64,000 bases of DNA from an uncultured delta proteobacterium (lineage in GTDB: Bacteria > Myxococcota_A > Polyangia > Haliangiales > Haliangiaceae): NCBI GenBank assembly GCA_963743525.1, contig CAVUQH010000002.1:299530-363529 (forward strand). The letters are read 5' to 3'. Under the pieces are notes generated by a model. It was not told where the DNA came from. It did no database searches and saw only the letters and a list, made by a program, of their open reading frames with translations. A program made the position numbers and the translations under genes. The first letter of the stretch is position 1; every line of letters starts with the position of its first letter. Shown here one piece after another: positions 23,860-33,778 of this stretch.

Positions 23860-25386
23860 CTATAGGCTGAAGCGTTTGTTGCCCATGAGCAGCTTGAACG
23901 CGCGCAGCATCAGGCGATAGGTCTTGCGCGAGTACGGGTAGTACCAGAGCTCCTTCTTGGCCGCGAAGCGATCGACGTTGACGTGGCGAATCTCGCACAG
24001 GTCGCGCAGACCGATGACCGAGTGGGTGCGGCCGAAGCCGCTCATCTTCACGCCGCCCCACGGGGTCTCCGGGCAGCCGTAGGTGTTGAGCACGTCGTTG
24101 ATCATCACCGTGCCGGCCTCGACCTGCCGGGCCATCCGCTTGCCCTTTTCGCGGTCCTTGGTGAAGACGTAGGCGAGGAGGCCCAGGTGCGAGTCGTTGG
24201 CCAGCTCCACCGCCTCGGCCTCGGAGGCGACGCGCATGATCGGCACGACCGGGCCGAAGATCTCCTTGCGCATCACGTCCATCTGCTGGCTGCAGTTGGT
24301 CAGCACCGTGGGCGGATAGAACAGCCCCGGGCCGCCCGGGCGCGCGCCGCCGGTGCGAACCACGGCGCCCGAAGAAACCGCCGACTGGACCAGGCCGTCG
24401 ACGTTGTCGATCTGCCGGTCCCAGGTCATGGCGCCGACGTCGACCTCACCCGAGGATGGGTCGCCCTGGCGCAGGCTGTCGACGTTGCGAACGATCCGCT
24501 CGACCAGCTCGTCGTGCACCGACTCGTGGGCGTAGACGCGCTCGACCGAGCAGCAGATCTGGCCCGAGTTGGCGAAGCCGCCCCAGGTGATGGCCGCCGC
24601 CGCGCGCTCGAGGTCGGCGTCGGCGCAGACGATCGCCGGCGCCTTGCCGCCGAGCTCCATGGTGCACGGGATCAGCCGCTCGCCACATGCCGCGGCGACC
24701 TTCTGCCCGGTGGCGACCGAGCCGGTGAAGACGCAGTACTGGATGCCGCTGTCGATCAGCGCGGCACCGGTCTTGCCGCGGCCGGTGACCACCTGGAACA
24801 GCTCCGGCGGCAGTCCGGCCGCCAGGTAGACCTCCCGCGACTCCAGGCCGATCAGCGGCGTGATCTCCGACGGCTTGAGCACCACGCCATTGCCGGCGAT
24901 CAGCGCCATGATCACCTCGCCCATCGGAATCGAGAACGGGAAGTTCCACGGCGCGATGATGCCGACCACGCCGCGCGGCACGTAGTGGATGGTGCTGCTG
25001 CGGTGCTTGAGCAGATGCAGGCCGATCCGTTCCGGCGCCAGCATGCGCGGCGCGTGCTTGCAGAAATAGTTGGTCAGATCGGCGACCAGACCGACCTCGG
25101 TGTTGAGCGCCTCGACCGGCGTCTTGCCGCCCTCGGCGACGATCAGATCGATCATCTTCTCTGCCCGCTTCATCAGCTCGACGCTGAAGCGGCGCACCCG
25201 GCGGCAACGCTCCTCGACGTCCAGCTTGCCCCAGTCGCGCTGGGCCGCGCGGGCGCGAGCTACTGCGGCATGAACCTCCTCGGCGCCCATATCGGGAACG
25301 TCGCCCAGCGGTACGCCGGTAGCGGGGTTGATGCTGACGATCCGATTCGAGGCGATGTTCGGCGTGGCGGCCTGCGCAGATCCCAT
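23860..25386 (-). CDS. Aldehyde dehydrogenase family protein
   Basis: PWNFP, KPSE, FTGS, MELGGK, NSGQICC and EIFGP motifs. Confidence 0.95.
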   Translation of the reverse strand: MGSAQAATPNIASNRIVSINPATGVPLGDVPDMGAEEVHAAVARARAAQRDWGKLDVEERCRRVRRFSVELMKRAEKMIDLIVAEGGKTPVEALNTEVGLVADLTNYFCKHAPRMLAPERIGLHLLKHRSSTIHYVPRGVVGIIAPWNFPFSIPMGEVIMALIAGNGVVLKPSEITPLIGLESREVYLAAGLPPELFQVVTGRGKTGAALIDSGIQYCVFTGSVATGQKVAAACGERLIPCTMELGGKAPAIVCADADLERAAAAITWGGFANSGQICCSVERVYAHESVHDELVERIVRNVDSLRQGDPSSGEVDVGAMTWDRQIDNVDGLVQSAVSSGAVVRTGGARPGGPGLFYPPTVLTNCSQQMDVMRKEIFGPVVPIMRVASEAEAVELANDSHLGLLAYVFTKDREKGKRMARQVEAGTVMINDVLNTYGCPETPWGGVKMSGFGRTHSVIGLRDLCEIRHVNVDRFAAKKELWYYPYSRKTYRLMLRAFKLLMGNKRFSL

Positions 25387-25392
25387 GGCGGG

Positions 25393-25421
25393 AGCCTACG
25401 GGCGGTGACACCACGCGTCAA
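25393..25421 (-). promoter_or_regulatory. sigma70-type promoter, probably giving a leaderless mRNA
   Basis: TTGACG-N17-TAGGCT, 6 nt before ATG 25386. Confidence 0.65.
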
Positions 25422-25432
25422 TCGGGAGCGAA

Positions 25433-25723
25433 TCAGTACGGATGGTGATGCCCGTTGGGCCCGGACATGTGCGGGTGCGGGTGCGGGTGGTGGTGGTGCC
25501 CGCCGCTTGGATGTGGGTGCGGTCCGTGGGGATGCTCGTGCGGTGGGTGCCGCGGCTTGGACCGGCGGTGGTGCTTCTTCACCGCCGTGGCCGCCGGCTT
25601 CTTCTTCGACTTCTCCACCCGCCAGGTGTGATGCGACTTCGCGCTCGACTGCGAACAGGCCACGGCCAACGCCGCCACGAGGATGATCAGCACGGCGCCG
25701 AGGATCGACTGCCGCAGCGTCAC
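25433..25723 (-). CDS. Small His/Pro-rich lipoprotein
   Basis: GTG overlaps the upstream TGA; lipobox LAVAC; tail HPPHEHPHGPHPHPSGGHHHHPHPHPH. Confidence 0.75.
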   Translation of the reverse strand: MTLRQSILGAVLIILVAALAVACSQSSAKSHHTWRVEKSKKKPAATAVKKHHRRSKPRHPPHEHPHGPHPHPSGGHHHHPHPHPHMSGPNGHHHPY

Positions 25724-27402
25724 CGTTTCTTCTCCTCGGCCATCCGCCGCTTCAGCGCCTCGAGCTCGGCGTCGACGCCGCTCTTCTTCTTGCGCTTCTT
25801 GCGCTTGCTCGAAGGCGCCTTGCCGGTGGCCGTGGAGGTTCCACCGCCCTTCTTGATCCGCCGCAGCTCGTCTTCGATCGAAGGGCCCTTGCGCGGCGGC
25901 GGCTCCGGCTTCCAGCTCGGGTCGACCTTGGGCGCCGACGCCGCGGCGACCTTGGCGTTCATCTCGGCCTGCTCGAGCTGCTTGAGCTCGGACTGGATCT
26001 CGCCCATGTCGCGCAGCGCCGCGTGCATGCGCTCGCGCTCGACCTCGGCCCGCTCGGACGCCTGCCGCGACAGCTCGGGGTCGCCCTTCTCGTCGGCCTT
26101 GAGCCGGCGCTGGTCCCACTTCTCGGCCGCCTCGCGGGAGGCGAACATGGTCCGCGACACCTGCTTCATGCGCGTGTCGAGCTCGGCGCGCAGGCGGGCG
26201 AAGTCGCTCAGGTCGGGAATGCCCTGCGCCGGCGGCGGCGACGACGGCGCCCCGGCGAAGCCGCCCAGATCTTCCAGCTCACCGGCCGGCGCCGTGGCCC
26301 GCGCTGCGGCAGCGGCGGCAGAAGCGGCGGCGCTGACCCGCGCGCTGGTCTCGGCGCGGGCGGCAGCCAGCCGCTCGTCCATCACTGCGTGCTTCTGCTC
26401 GCCGACGATCGCCACCACGTCGGCGGCGTTGGCCACGCCATCGGTGCCGATCAGCGAGTCGCTGCGCGCGCCCACGCGCAGCACCGCCTCCAGCGCCGAC
26501 GAGATCAGCAGCGCGTTCTGCGCCTGCACGCCGATGTGCCGCTGCTCCAGCGCCTTGGCCCGACTGATGGCGCCGGCGTCGTCGGGCATGAAACTGACGA
26601 AGCGCGCGCCAACCGCCAGTGCCCGCGCCACCGCCTGCGCGCTGGGTCGGGCGACCACCACGTCGGCGGCGCGCCAGTAGTGCGCGGCATCCTGGCTGCG
26701 ACCGAACAGCTTGGCCTTCATGCCCAGGGTCGGCACCTGGCGGCGCAGCGCCGTGGCAGCCTCGTGATCGTTGCCGGCGTCGAACAGGTAGACCGGCTCG
26801 GACTCGGTCAGCGACAGCTGCAGCGCGATCTGCGACGTCTCCTCGTAACCGAGGCCGGCCACCTCGACGACGATGACCGGCACGTCGGGCAGCTTGAAGC
26901 GCGAGCGCAGCGACGCCCGCGACAGCCGGCCGGCGACGGCGTACGGGTGGGGACAGAACGGACCCATGGTCATGATCCGCTCGCCGTCGATGCCGTGATC
27001 GGCCAGCGCGACTGCGGCCTCGTCGTCGACCACGAGGAAGCGATCGACGTCGGTGGCCGACCAGTCGCGCGCCGGCGCGAGCTCGTCGATCACCGCGACC
27101 ACCGGCACCGGCTTGTTGGCGCCGTCGCGGGCCACGGTCAGCGCCTGCGCGGCACCCGGATCGAACGCGACGATGACGTCGGGCGGGTTGCTCTCGAGCT
27201 CCTTCATCAGTCGGCGCTCGGACAGCTCGCCGGTCAACGCGCGCATCATCCGCTCGACCGCGCCCTGTGAACGCGACCCGGCGCGGCCGACGTCGATCGC
27301 CCGCACGCGCATCTCGGTCACCTCGAGCGCGGCCAGCATCGGCGTGACCACCGCCGGCGACGAGCCGACGCTGGTGACCAGCAGCACCCGCGGCGCGCTC
27401 AC
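25720..27402 (-). CDS. Degenerate GT-B (MGDG/DAG glucosyltransferase-like) domain fused to a PspA/IM30-like coiled coil
   Basis: PPDVIVAFDP, AADVVVARP..ARALAVG; C-terminal AEKWDQRRLKADEKGDPELSRQA and DAELEALKRRM. Confidence 0.65.
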   Translation of the reverse strand: MSAPRVLLVTSVGSSPAVVTPMLAALEVTEMRVRAIDVGRAGSRSQGAVERMMRALTGELSERRLMKELESNPPDVIVAFDPGAAQALTVARDGANKPVPVVAVIDELAPARDWSATDVDRFLVVDDEAAVALADHGIDGERIMTMGPFCPHPYAVAGRLSRASLRSRFKLPDVPVIVVEVAGLGYEETSQIALQLSLTESEPVYLFDAGNDHEAATALRRQVPTLGMKAKLFGRSQDAAHYWRAADVVVARPSAQAVARALAVGARFVSFMPDDAGAISRAKALEQRHIGVQAQNALLISSALEAVLRVGARSDSLIGTDGVANAADVVAIVGEQKHAVMDERLAAARAETSARVSAAASAAAAAARATAPAGELEDLGGFAGAPSSPPPAQGIPDLSDFARLRAELDTRMKQVSRTMFASREAAEKWDQRRLKADEKGDPELSRQASERAEVERERMHAALRDMGEIQSELKQLEQAEMNAKVAAASAPKVDPSWKPEPPPRKGPSIEDELRRIKKGGGTSTATGKAPSSKRKKRKKKSGVDAELEALKRRMAEEKKR

Positions 27403-28376
27403 CCGTAGACCTCCGGGTTGAGCACGGTCGGCGGCCGCTCGCCGGCAAGGGCGCGGCGGACCGCGTTGGCACAGATTTCCCCCATGCGTCGTCTCGCAGT
27501 ATACGTAGCCGATCCGGCGTGTGGGGCCAAGACCGCGCGAGAGCTGCCGAGCAGCGCCGGATGGACCGCCGGCTCGTTCTCGAACACGTCGATGCCGGCG
27601 CCGGCCAGCCGCCCGGCGGCCAGGGCCGCGCCCAGAGCGGCCTCGTCCACGCACGGCCCGCGGGCAGTGTTGACCAGCACGGCGGTCGGCTTCATCTGCG
27701 CCAGGGCCGCGGCGTCGATGAGGTGGCGGGTCCGGTCGGTGAGCGGGCAGTGCAGCGACACGAAGTCGGCGCGGGCCAGCAGCTGATCCAGCGGCACCCG
27801 GGCGACACCGGGCGGGTCGCCGGCATGATCGCGCTCCGAGGCCAGCGCCAGCACCTGCATGCCGAAGCCGGCGGCGCGGTGAGCCACCGCCCGGCCGATC
27901 CTGCCCAGACCGATGATGCCCAGGGTGGCCCCGCTCACGCTGACGCCGAGGTGCTGCCCCGGCTCCCAGCCGGTCCAGCTGCCACCGCGCACCAGGGCGT
28001 CGCCCTCGACGACCCGGCGCGCGGCCGCCAGCAGCAAGGTGAAGGCGAAGTCGGCGGTGGCGTCGGTCAGCACGTCGGGCGTGTTGGTCACCGCGACGCC
28101 GCGCGCGGTGCAGGCGGCGACGTCAACGTTGTCGTAGCCGACCGCGAAGTTGGCGACGACGCGCAGGCGCGGCGCCACGGCCAGCAGCTCGTCGTCGATT
28201 CGATCGGTGAGCAGGCAGATCAGGCCGTCGGCACCGGCGACCGCGGCCAGCAACTCCGCCCGCGACAGGTGGCCCCGGGCCGGCTCGACGTAGCTCACGC
28301 CGGGGCCGAGGATCGGCGCCACCTCCAGCGGCAGCGCCGCCGACGCGACCACGTGCGCGTCCGAGCCCGGCAACAC
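27399..28376 (-). CDS. D-glycerate dehydrogenase/glyoxylate reductase (D-2-hydroxyacid dehydrogenase)
   Basis: AVGYDNVD, NTPDVLT, GLGRIG, NTARG, DVFENEP and PHAGS motifs. Confidence 0.92.
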   Translation of the reverse strand: MLPGSDAHVVASAALPLEVAPILGPGVSYVEPARGHLSRAELLAAVAGADGLICLLTDRIDDELLAVAPRLRVVANFAVGYDNVDVAACTARGVAVTNTPDVLTDATADFAFTLLLAAARRVVEGDALVRGGSWTGWEPGQHLGVSVSGATLGIIGLGRIGRAVAHRAAGFGMQVLALASERDHAGDPPGVARVPLDQLLARADFVSLHCPLTDRTRHLIDAAALAQMKPTAVLVNTARGPCVDEAALGAALAAGRLAGAGIDVFENEPAVHPALLGSSRAVLAPHAGSATYTARRRMGEICANAVRRALAGERPPTVLNPEVYG

Positions 28377-28421
28377 GCTGTGAACGTACCACGGTCGGGC
28401 GGCGTGCTATATAAGGTGGCC

Positions 28422-29384
28422 GTGACGGCCCGCCGGCTCCTCTGCCCCGCCCTCGTCGTGGTCGCGTTGGCCGCCGGCGACGCGCGGGCCCAGGCTCCCG
28501 GCTGGCTGGCCGCCGTCACCTGCGACCTGGGTAGCGATCCCGGCGACGCCCCGCGCGCCCGCGCGGACGAAGCGCAGCTGACCGAGCTGCGCGATTTCGG
28601 CTACAGCCTGCGGCTGGTCGGCAACAAGTCGCACACCCGCTTCCCCACCTACAGCTACGTCGCCTTCACCTTTGACGACGGGCCGTCGTACAAGACCACG
28701 CCGCTGGTGATGGCCGCGCTGGAGAAGTACGACATCCCGGCGACCTTCTTCGTCAACGCGGTGCACATCGTCGGCACGTCGCGCGGCGCCGAGAACAACC
28801 GCCGGACCCTGCGCGACGCCGTGCGCCGCGGCTTCCACATCGGCAACCACACCTTCCACCACAAGAACCTGGCCCACGCCCGACCGGCGTTCTTCCAGCA
28901 CGAGATCGAGCAGAGCGCCGACGCCATCGAGCAGGTGATCGGCTACCGCCCGTACCTGGTCCGCTTCCCCTACGGCGTCAGGACCCCGCCGCTGCGCGAC
29001 TACCTCGACCAGGAGGGCTACGTCGAGGTGCGCTGGAACATCGACTCGGACGACTTCAAGATCCACGACCGGACCCGGCTGCGGCAGGGGGTGATCCAGC
29101 AGATCATCGACTGGAACGGCGGCGTGGTGCTGTTCCACGATCCCAAGCCGTGGACCGCCGCCGAGATCGGCCACATCTTCGACGATCTCGAGGCGGAGAA
29201 CTGCCGCCGCCTCAAGACCTCGGAACCACTGCTACTTCCCGTCTCGCTGCACTATTTCGCTCGCGAGCGAAATGGTAATCCACGCCCCGTTCCGGAGGCC
29301 GTTCGGGCCCGCACGCAGCACTACATCGAAGCGTTGCCGACCCGGTGCAAAGCCCGCATTGACAAAAGTAGGTCGAGCCAATAG
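28422..29384 (+). CDS. Secreted polysaccharide deacetylase (NodB/CE4)
   Basis: TFDDGP, HTFHH, RFPYG and LFHD motifs; signal peptide. Confidence 0.9.
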   Translation: MTARRLLCPALVVVALAAGDARAQAPGWLAAVTCDLGSDPGDAPRARADEAQLTELRDFGYSLRLVGNKSHTRFPTYSYVAFTFDDGPSYKTTPLVMAALEKYDIPATFFVNAVHIVGTSRGAENNRRTLRDAVRRGFHIGNHTFHHKNLAHARPAFFQHEIEQSADAIEQVIGYRPYLVRFPYGVRTPPLRDYLDQEGYVEVRWNIDSDDFKIHDRTRLRQGVIQQIIDWNGGVVLFHDPKPWTAAEIGHIFDDLEAENCRRLKTSEPLLLPVSLHYFARERNGNPRPVPEAVRARTQHYIEALPTRCKARIDKSRSSQ

Positions 29385-29387
29385 CTT
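29359..29387 (+). promoter_or_regulatory. sigma70-type promoter
   Basis: TTGACA-N17-TAGCTT upstream of ATG 29439. Confidence 0.65.
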
Positions 29388-29438
29388 CCGCGCGGTTTTC
29401 CAACGGGGCCCCTGGTGGGCCAGGGGGTATGGGCGGAG

Positions 29439-32297
29439 ATGAATTGCCGCGCCTGCGATAGTCCAAACCGGCCGGGATCGCGCTACTGCCAGCGCTGCTC
29501 GGCGCCGCTGCCGGCATCCTGCTACGGATGCGGGGCGCCGGTGCGCTTGGACGGCGAGCTGTGCTCGGCGTGCCGCACCGACCGGGTGCCCGAGGTCGAC
29601 GCCGACGATCTGTTCCCCGATCGCGACGACGCCGACGTCACCATGATCACCACGGTGCCGTACGAGCTGCGCCCCGCCTACACCGGGCACGAGAGCCAGC
29701 TCGGCACCCTGGTCGAGGCGTTCCAGCGCAGCCGCGACAAGAACGAGCTTTCGTTCCTGGTGCTGATCGGCGAGCCGGGCATGGGCAAGAGCCGCACGGT
29801 CAAGGAGCTGGCCCGCCGGCTCAAGCGCGAAGACGGCGACACCCGCTTCCTCATCGGCTCCAGCGATCAGGCCGACACCGCTTACGCCGCCTTCACCCAG
29901 ATCATGTCCGGGCGTTTCGGCATCATGCCGGGCGACCCGGCCGACGAGGCGCGCGAGAAGATCATCGCCGGCGTCTCCGAAGTACTGCCCGCCGCGCGGG
30001 TCACCGAGGTGTCGCACCTCCTCGCCCACCTGATGCGCATGCCGTTCCCCAACAGCCCGGTCGTCGGGCCGCTGGTGGAGACGCCGCAGCAGCTCGAGGC
30101 GCGCACCTTCATCGCCGTGCGCCGGTTCCTGGCCGCCGACGCCGACGCCGGTCCGCTGGTGCTCTGCTTCGAGAACCTCGAGCAGGCCGGCGCCGAGGCG
30201 ATCAACCTGCTCCACTACCTGGCCGCCGGCCTGGCGTCGTCGCCGGTGATGGTGCTGGGCACCGCGCGCCAGACCGTCTTCGACCGGCACAAGAGCTTCG
30301 GCGAGGGCGACACGCAGCTGCAGCGGGTCGACATCGGCGCGCTGACCGAGGCCGAAGCAACCAGCCTGCTGCGCGAGCTGTGCAAGCCGCTCGACAACGT
30401 GCCGGCGCGCCTCATCGAGCACGCCAAGGTGCTGGCCGACTCGCCGCGGGCGCTGTTCGAGCTGATCCGCCTGCTCTTGGAGAGCGACGTCATCGTCCGC
30501 TCCGGCAGCATGTCGTGGCGGGTCAACGACGCCAAGCTGCAGTCGATGACCCTGCCGCGCAGCTACGACGACGTGGTCGCCGCCCGTCTGGCGGTGATGA
30601 ACGAGACCGAGCGCTCGCTCATCCAGCAGGCGTCCGTGGTCGGCGAGGTCTTCTGGCTCGACGCCGTGGTCGCACTGGCGCGCGTGGCGTCGCTCGAGAC
30701 CGACGATCCGGACGGCCCGACGCTGGCCGACATCGCCAGCGCCGGCGACCACACCCGCGTGGCCGTCGCGCAGACGCTGGCCAAGCTGGTCGAGCGCGAG
30801 TGGCTGATCGAAGTGCGCCAGTCGAGCCTGCCCGGCGAGCGCGAGTACCGGTTCGCCTACCCCAACCTGTGGGGCCTGGTCTATCAGGGCATCGGCGACG
30901 CCGAGCGGCGGCTGTCGCACATGACCGTCGCCCACTGGCTGGAGCTGCGTCCCGAGGGACGCGGTCCGGCGGCGCAGGAAGAGGTCGCGCAGCACCTGGA
31001 AGAGGCAGGCGACACCGTGGCTGCCGCAGCCCGTTACCGCCGGTCGGCGCAGGCGGCGCGCAACCGCTTCCTCAACGACAAGGCGATCCGTCTGTACGCC
31101 CGGGCGCTGTCGTGTCTGGGCGGCCACGATCTGGCCGCGCGCATCCACCTGTGGCACGACCTCGGCTCGGTCTACGAGCTCAAGGGCGATTTCGAGCCGG
31201 CGCTGGGCGCGTTCGAGCGCATGCTGCGACTGGCCTGGATCGGCGCGTCGCGCAACAAGGCGGCGGTCGCGTTCAACAAGATGGGCCGGGTGTGGCGGCG
31301 CAAGGGCGACATGAAGCTCGCCCTCGAGTACCTGCAGCGCGGCGCCGAGATGTTCGAGCAGTGCGGTGACGCCCGCGGCATCGCCGGCTCGCACGACGAC
31401 ATCGGCCGCGTGCTCTACCTGATGGGCCGCTACGACGAGGCGTTCGAGCAGGTGACCAAGGGCCTGCAGCGCCGCGGCAAGGGCGGCGACAAGCGGTCGA
31501 TCGCGCAGTCGCTGTCCAACCTGGGCAACATCCAGAAGGACCGCGGTCGCTTCGCCGAGTCGTCCAACTGCCACCAGGAAGCGCTCGAGCTGCGCCGGCA
31601 GATCGGCGATCGGGCCGGCGTCATCACCTCGTACAACAACCTGGCGGTGCTGGCGTTCGAGCTGGGCAACTACGCCAGCGCGCGCAGCGGCTGGCTGGAG
31701 GCGCTGAGCGAAGCCGAGAGCATCGGCGCCCTGCCCCTGCAAGCGCTGGCGCTGTGCAACCTGGGCGAGCTGGCGCGCATCGAGAGCCACCACGACGAGG
31801 CCCGCCGCCGGCTCGAGGACGCCCTCGAGATCGCCGACGAGATCGACGAGGTGCAGCTGCAGGTCGAGGCCACACGCAACCTGGCGTTGCTCGACCAGGA
31901 GCTGGGCAACGGCGACCGCGCGCGCGACCTGGCGCTGGACGCCCACCAGCTGGCGGCCACCGCCGGCCTGCGCGACAGCGAGGGCCGGGCCCTCTTGACC
32001 CTGGGCGCCGTCTTCTCGGCCAGCCTGTTCGACGCCGACGCGACCATCGTGTCGCCCGAAGCCCAGGCGGACCACCGCCCGCGCGCCGAGGAGTACTTCG
32101 AGCGCGGCGTCGAGCTGCTGCGCAAGATCGGCAACGAGTCAGAGCTGGCCCGCGGCCTCGAGCAGTACGGCCGCTACAAGATCGAGCGCGGCGAGATCGG
32201 CGCCGGCAAGGATCTCCTGCGCGAGGCGCTGCTGATCTTCAGCCGCCTGGGCATGCCCCACGGCCAGGAAGTCGAGAAGGTTCTCCAGGCCGTCTGA
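29439..32297 (+). CDS. Double zinc ribbon + AAA (STAND-like) ATPase + TPR protein
   Basis: Four N-terminal CxxC pairs; Walker A GEPGMGKS; ASVVGEVF; many TPRs (SLSNLGNI, SYNNLAV). Confidence 0.9.
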   Translation: MNCRACDSPNRPGSRYCQRCSAPLPASCYGCGAPVRLDGELCSACRTDRVPEVDADDLFPDRDDADVTMITTVPYELRPAYTGHESQLGTLVEAFQRSRDKNELSFLVLIGEPGMGKSRTVKELARRLKREDGDTRFLIGSSDQADTAYAAFTQIMSGRFGIMPGDPADEAREKIIAGVSEVLPAARVTEVSHLLAHLMRMPFPNSPVVGPLVETPQQLEARTFIAVRRFLAADADAGPLVLCFENLEQAGAEAINLLHYLAAGLASSPVMVLGTARQTVFDRHKSFGEGDTQLQRVDIGALTEAEATSLLRELCKPLDNVPARLIEHAKVLADSPRALFELIRLLLESDVIVRSGSMSWRVNDAKLQSMTLPRSYDDVVAARLAVMNETERSLIQQASVVGEVFWLDAVVALARVASLETDDPDGPTLADIASAGDHTRVAVAQTLAKLVEREWLIEVRQSSLPGEREYRFAYPNLWGLVYQGIGDAERRLSHMTVAHWLELRPEGRGPAAQEEVAQHLEEAGDTVAAAARYRRSAQAARNRFLNDKAIRLYARALSCLGGHDLAARIHLWHDLGSVYELKGDFEPALGAFERMLRLAWIGASRNKAAVAFNKMGRVWRRKGDMKLALEYLQRGAEMFEQCGDARGIAGSHDDIGRVLYLMGRYDEAFEQVTKGLQRRGKGGDKRSIAQSLSNLGNIQKDRGRFAESSNCHQEALELRRQIGDRAGVITSYNNLAVLAFELGNYASARSGWLEALSEAESIGALPLQALALCNLGELARIESHHDEARRRLEDALEIADEIDEVQLQVEATRNLALLDQELGNGDRARDLALDAHQLAATAGLRDSEGRALLTLGAVFSASLFDADATIVSPEAQADHRPRAEEYFERGVELLRKIGNESELARGLEQYGRYKIERGEIGAGKDLLREALLIFSRLGMPHGQEVEKVLQAV

Positions 32298-32323
32298 CCG
32301 GGCCGGGAGCGCGGGTCGGCGTT

Positions 32324-33745
32324 CTAGGTGGTGCCCTTCTTGTGGCGCTGGCGATAGGAGTAGGGGCGGCGCTTGGACTTGTCGTCGTCCTTGCTCTCCA
32401 CCTCTTTCTTCTCGCCGTTGCCCGCGCCCGCGGGCGCTTCGGCCACCGGCGTCTCCACCGGGGCGGCCGGATTCTCGTTCTCGCGGAACTCGATCTTCTC
32501 CAGCGGGTTCTCGGCGACCTGCACCTGATCGCTGGGCTCGAGCACGTCGGTCAGCCCGTCCATGGTGTGCAGGTCATCGAGGATGTCGTCGACGCTGGTG
32601 TAGCGCTCGGTCCGCGAGTCGCGGGTCATGCAATCGAAGATGTCGTCGATGCCCTTGGGCAGCCGGGCGTTGACCTCGGTCGGCATCAGGCAGCGACGGC
32701 CGGGCAGCTTCCGCGTGAGCAGCTCGTAGAAGATGATGCCCATGGCGTAGATGTCGGCCTGCGGCCCGGCACCCGAGGCGTCGGTGTACAGCTCCGGCGC
32801 CATGTAGGCGATGTTGCCCATGCCGACGTAGACCTGCCGCGACCGCGCCGAGGCGTCGCGCTCGACGATGCGGGTGAAGCCGAAGTCGCTGATCTTCAGG
32901 TTGCCGTAGGCGTCGATCAGCAGGTTCTCGGGCTTGAGCCCGCGGTGGATGACCCGCTGGGTGTGGGCGGCGCGCAGGGCGTGCAGCGCCTGCAACAGGT
33001 AGCGCAGCGCCAGCGACACCGGAATGTGCTCGGCGTCGGCGATGAGCCGCCGGGTCAACCCGTTGGGCGACAGCTCGGTGACCACGTACGGGAACTCGCG
33101 CTCGAGGTTGACGTCGTGGATCGGCAGGATGTTGGGATGGGCCAGGCTGGCCCACGCCCGAACCACGTCGGTGAAGCGGCGCACGATCTCGCCGCGCTGT
33201 GAGTCGCTGAAGAAGCCGAACAGCTCGCGGACTTCTTTCAGCGCCACCTCGCGGTTGAGCGGCACCTGGCGGGCCCGATAGACCGTGCCGACGCCGCCCG
33301 AGCCGATGGTCGCCAGCTTCTCGTAACGGGAGTCGAGAAGCTCGGACGAGTTTTGGATTTCCCCGCCAACAGTGGCGGTCGCGCGCCCTCCGGAAGACAA
33401 CGGCGCGCTCAGGGATTGATGCTCGGACCTACGCTTGGCCCGGGCGTTCTTGAAGTGTTGCACCGCGCGCTCGGTGAGCTCGGTGAGGTTGCCGCCGTTG
33501 ACAATCTTTTCCCCCTCGGCCGTCACTTCCAGCGTCTCGGTGCCGCGGTCGTGCGCCAGGTAACCCGCGCTGGTCAGGAACGAGATGTATTCCGAGAACG
33601 GAATCGACACTGCTCCCTCGCACACGCGGCGGATGTCGTCATACCGATTCTGGCGCCCGTACCGCGCCTCGGCCATGACGTTGGCGAGGATGAAGCGGGA
33701 CTCCTCGCACAGAACTTCTTTGGTGACCTTGGTCCGCCCCTCCAT
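32324..33745 (-). CDS. Ser/Thr kinase-like protein (HRG catalytic loop) with N-terminal winged-helix-like domain
   Basis: GSGGVG, VALK, HRGLKPEN, DFG and APE motifs. Confidence 0.88.
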   Translation of the reverse strand: MEGRTKVTKEVLCEESRFILANVMAEARYGRQNRYDDIRRVCEGAVSIPFSEYISFLTSAGYLAHDRGTETLEVTAEGEKIVNGGNLTELTERAVQHFKNARAKRRSEHQSLSAPLSSGGRATATVGGEIQNSSELLDSRYEKLATIGSGGVGTVYRARQVPLNREVALKEVRELFGFFSDSQRGEIVRRFTDVVRAWASLAHPNILPIHDVNLEREFPYVVTELSPNGLTRRLIADAEHIPVSLALRYLLQALHALRAAHTQRVIHRGLKPENLLIDAYGNLKISDFGFTRIVERDASARSRQVYVGMGNIAYMAPELYTDASGAGPQADIYAMGIIFYELLTRKLPGRRCLMPTEVNARLPKGIDDIFDCMTRDSRTERYTSVDDILDDLHTMDGLTDVLEPSDQVQVAENPLEKIEFRENENPAAPVETPVAEAPAGAGNGEKKEVESKDDDKSKRRPYSYRQRHKKGTT

Positions 33746-33778
33746 GCGCGGAAATTGTAGATTTTCCAGCAGGCCCAA

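Noticed and set aside
29232..32075. Long antisense/alternate-frame ORFs (also 6883-9132, 34939-37350, 52371-54398 and others)
   Set aside because: These are shadow ORFs typical of high-GC DNA; they overlap well-supported genes and lack motifs.
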